The notes beneath the pieces were generated by a model that was not told the origin of the DNA, searched no databases, and saw only the letters and a program-made list of their open reading frames with translations. From a virus, in IMG/VR virus record IMGVR_UViG_3300044712_002679, positions 116,406 through 180,405 of that record: 64,000 bases of DNA. One strand, written 5' to 3'. Below, in pieces: positions 63,320 to 64,000 of the stretch (positions within the stretch are counted from its first letter, which is position 1; the number at the start of each line of letters is the position of its first letter). Made by a program: the position numbers and the translations under genes.

Positions 63320-64000
63320 ATGATAAGACAAGACATAAAATTTGATTTTGATGATATTTTAATTGTACCAAAAAATCAAAGTTCAATAGATACAAGAAGC
63401 ATTATTAATGTGTATGATGAAAATGAAATGCTTCCATTATTTACAGCACCAATGGATACTGTTGTTGGAAATAAAAATATGGAAATATTTAAACAAAATA
63501 AAATATATCCAATAATACCTAGAACATATAAGCTATCATTTGGACCAGGTACTAATGATTCTTGGATTGATGAATGGGTGGCATTAGGGTTAAATGATTT
63601 TGAAAAATTATTAAATATCACTAATCCATATTTTGATTTAGATCATGTTGATACCAAATATATTCTTATTGATATTGCCAATGGTAATATGAAAAAAATG
63701 CATGATTTAATTGTAAAATCAAAAAATATTTATGGTGATAAATTACAATTAATGGTTGGTAATGTCGCTAATCCTGAAACATATAAAATAGTATCAGAAT
63801 TAGGTGCTGATTATGTGCGAATTGGTGTGGGTAATGGTGGTGGGTGTTTTGTAGAAAACACAAAAGTTATAACTAAAAGAGGAATTATAAATATTCAAGA
63901 TGTCATAATTGGTGATGAAGTATTAACCCACACTGGTGAATATAAGAGAGTATATAATACAATATCATATGAAACTTTTGAAGATTTAATTCAAATTAAT
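63320..64000 (+). CDS. GMP reductase/IMPDH-family enzyme (GuaC-like, no CBS domains) interrupted by an intein at the catalytic cysteine; 3'-truncated by window end
   Basis: FDDILIVPK, TAPMDTV, LIDIANG, MVGNVA, GADYVRIGVGNGGG-C then FVENTKVITKRGIINIQDVIIGDEVLTHTGE (Hint block A) instead of the expected TTR. Confidence 0.7.
   Translation, partial: MIRQDIKFDFDDILIVPKNQSSIDTRSIINVYDENEMLPLFTAPMDTVVGNKNMEIFKQNKIYPIIPRTYKLSFGPGTNDSWIDEWVALGLNDFEKLLNITNPYFDLDHVDTKYILIDIANGNMKKMHDLIVKSKNIYGDKLQLMVGNVANPETYKIVSELGADYVRIGVGNGGGCFVENTKVITKRGIINIQDVIIGDEVLTHTGEYKRVYNTISYETFEDLIQIN

Noticed and set aside
1-64000. Eukaryotic giant-virus (Mimiviridae-like) origin suggested by extreme AT content, tRNAs and large repeat proteins
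   Set aside because: The genome shows bacterial-type features.
- Intrinsic terminators: stem-loop plus T-run.
- tRNA-His with an encoded G-1.
- SmpB and IF3 genes.
- TAnnTTTG promoters with near-leaderless genes.
- ATGA gene overlaps.
- GT9 and GH73 envelope enzymes with a Sec signal peptide.

There is no AAAATTGA early promoter and no poly-A hairpin signal. A bacteriophage fits better.
1-64000. Alternative genetic code (stop-codon reassignment, as in some large phages of gut Bacteroidota)
   Set aside because: Long ORFs are intact under the standard code. TAA, TAG and TGA all terminate well-supported genes (for example TAG at 2258 and 40418, TGA at 50694). tRNA-Trp has anticodon CCA, not UCA. 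No tRNA with a CUA, UUA or UCA anticodon was found.

Overview
Extremely AT-rich 64-kb segment that reads as part of a large double-stranded DNA bacteriophage genome, not a cellular chromosome or a eukaryotic giant virus.

**What the sequence shows directly**
- Densely packed, often overlapping genes (ATGA-type start/stop overlaps).
- Many intrinsic terminators: a GC-poor hairpin followed by a T-run, usually bidirectional.
- A recurrent promoter-like element, TA(T/C)(C/A)TTTG (the Bacteroidota -7 consensus TAnnTTTG), typically 11-25 nt upstream of start codons and often followed by an AAAACAACAA leader. This points to a Bacteroidota-type host.
- A 4.2-kb tRNA array (5092-9282, all minus strand) with 16 tRNA or tRNA-like genes plus decayed tRNA fragments. 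Two homing endonuclease genes (GIY-YIG, HNH) sit inside it. tRNA-His carries an encoded G-1, a bacterial feature.
- All three stop codons are used and tRNA-Trp has a CCA anticodon, so the standard bacterial code applies.

**Recognisable genes**
- Translation: initiation factor IF3 and SmpB.
- Replication and repair: the C-terminal half only of a family-B DNA polymerase, a DnaG-like primase (zinc finger plus TOPRIM), a DEDDh exonuclease, a metallophosphoesterase and a J-domain protein.
- DNA modification and nucleotide metabolism: an N6-adenine-type DNA methyltransferase, an HD phosphohydrolase, a 5'-deoxynucleotidase and a GMP-reductase-like gene whose catalytic cysteine is interrupted by an intein.
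- Cell-envelope related: a GT9 heptosyltransferase-like glycosyltransferase, a CmcI-type O-methyltransferase, a secreted GH73 glucosaminidase and an ICMT-like membrane methyltransferase.
- Five homing endonucleases: GIY-YIG x2, HNH x2 and LAGLIDADG.

**Most unusual content**
- A 10-kb plus-strand block (39681-50097): a PIN-domain gene, then six tandem paralogous genes built from a ~57-aa 'YCKSGNKPDNIP...GWISWGDWLGT' repeat with Zn-ribbon modules, then a fusion of an SF2 helicase to an Rrp8-type (rRNA m1A-like) methyltransferase.
- Two class-II (long variable arm, A73) tRNAs carrying lysine anticodons, CUU and UUU.

Many coding tandem repeats and a 51-bp tandem duplication at a gene junction indicate active recombination and diversification. 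All functional calls rest on motifs read by eye; no database search was possible.
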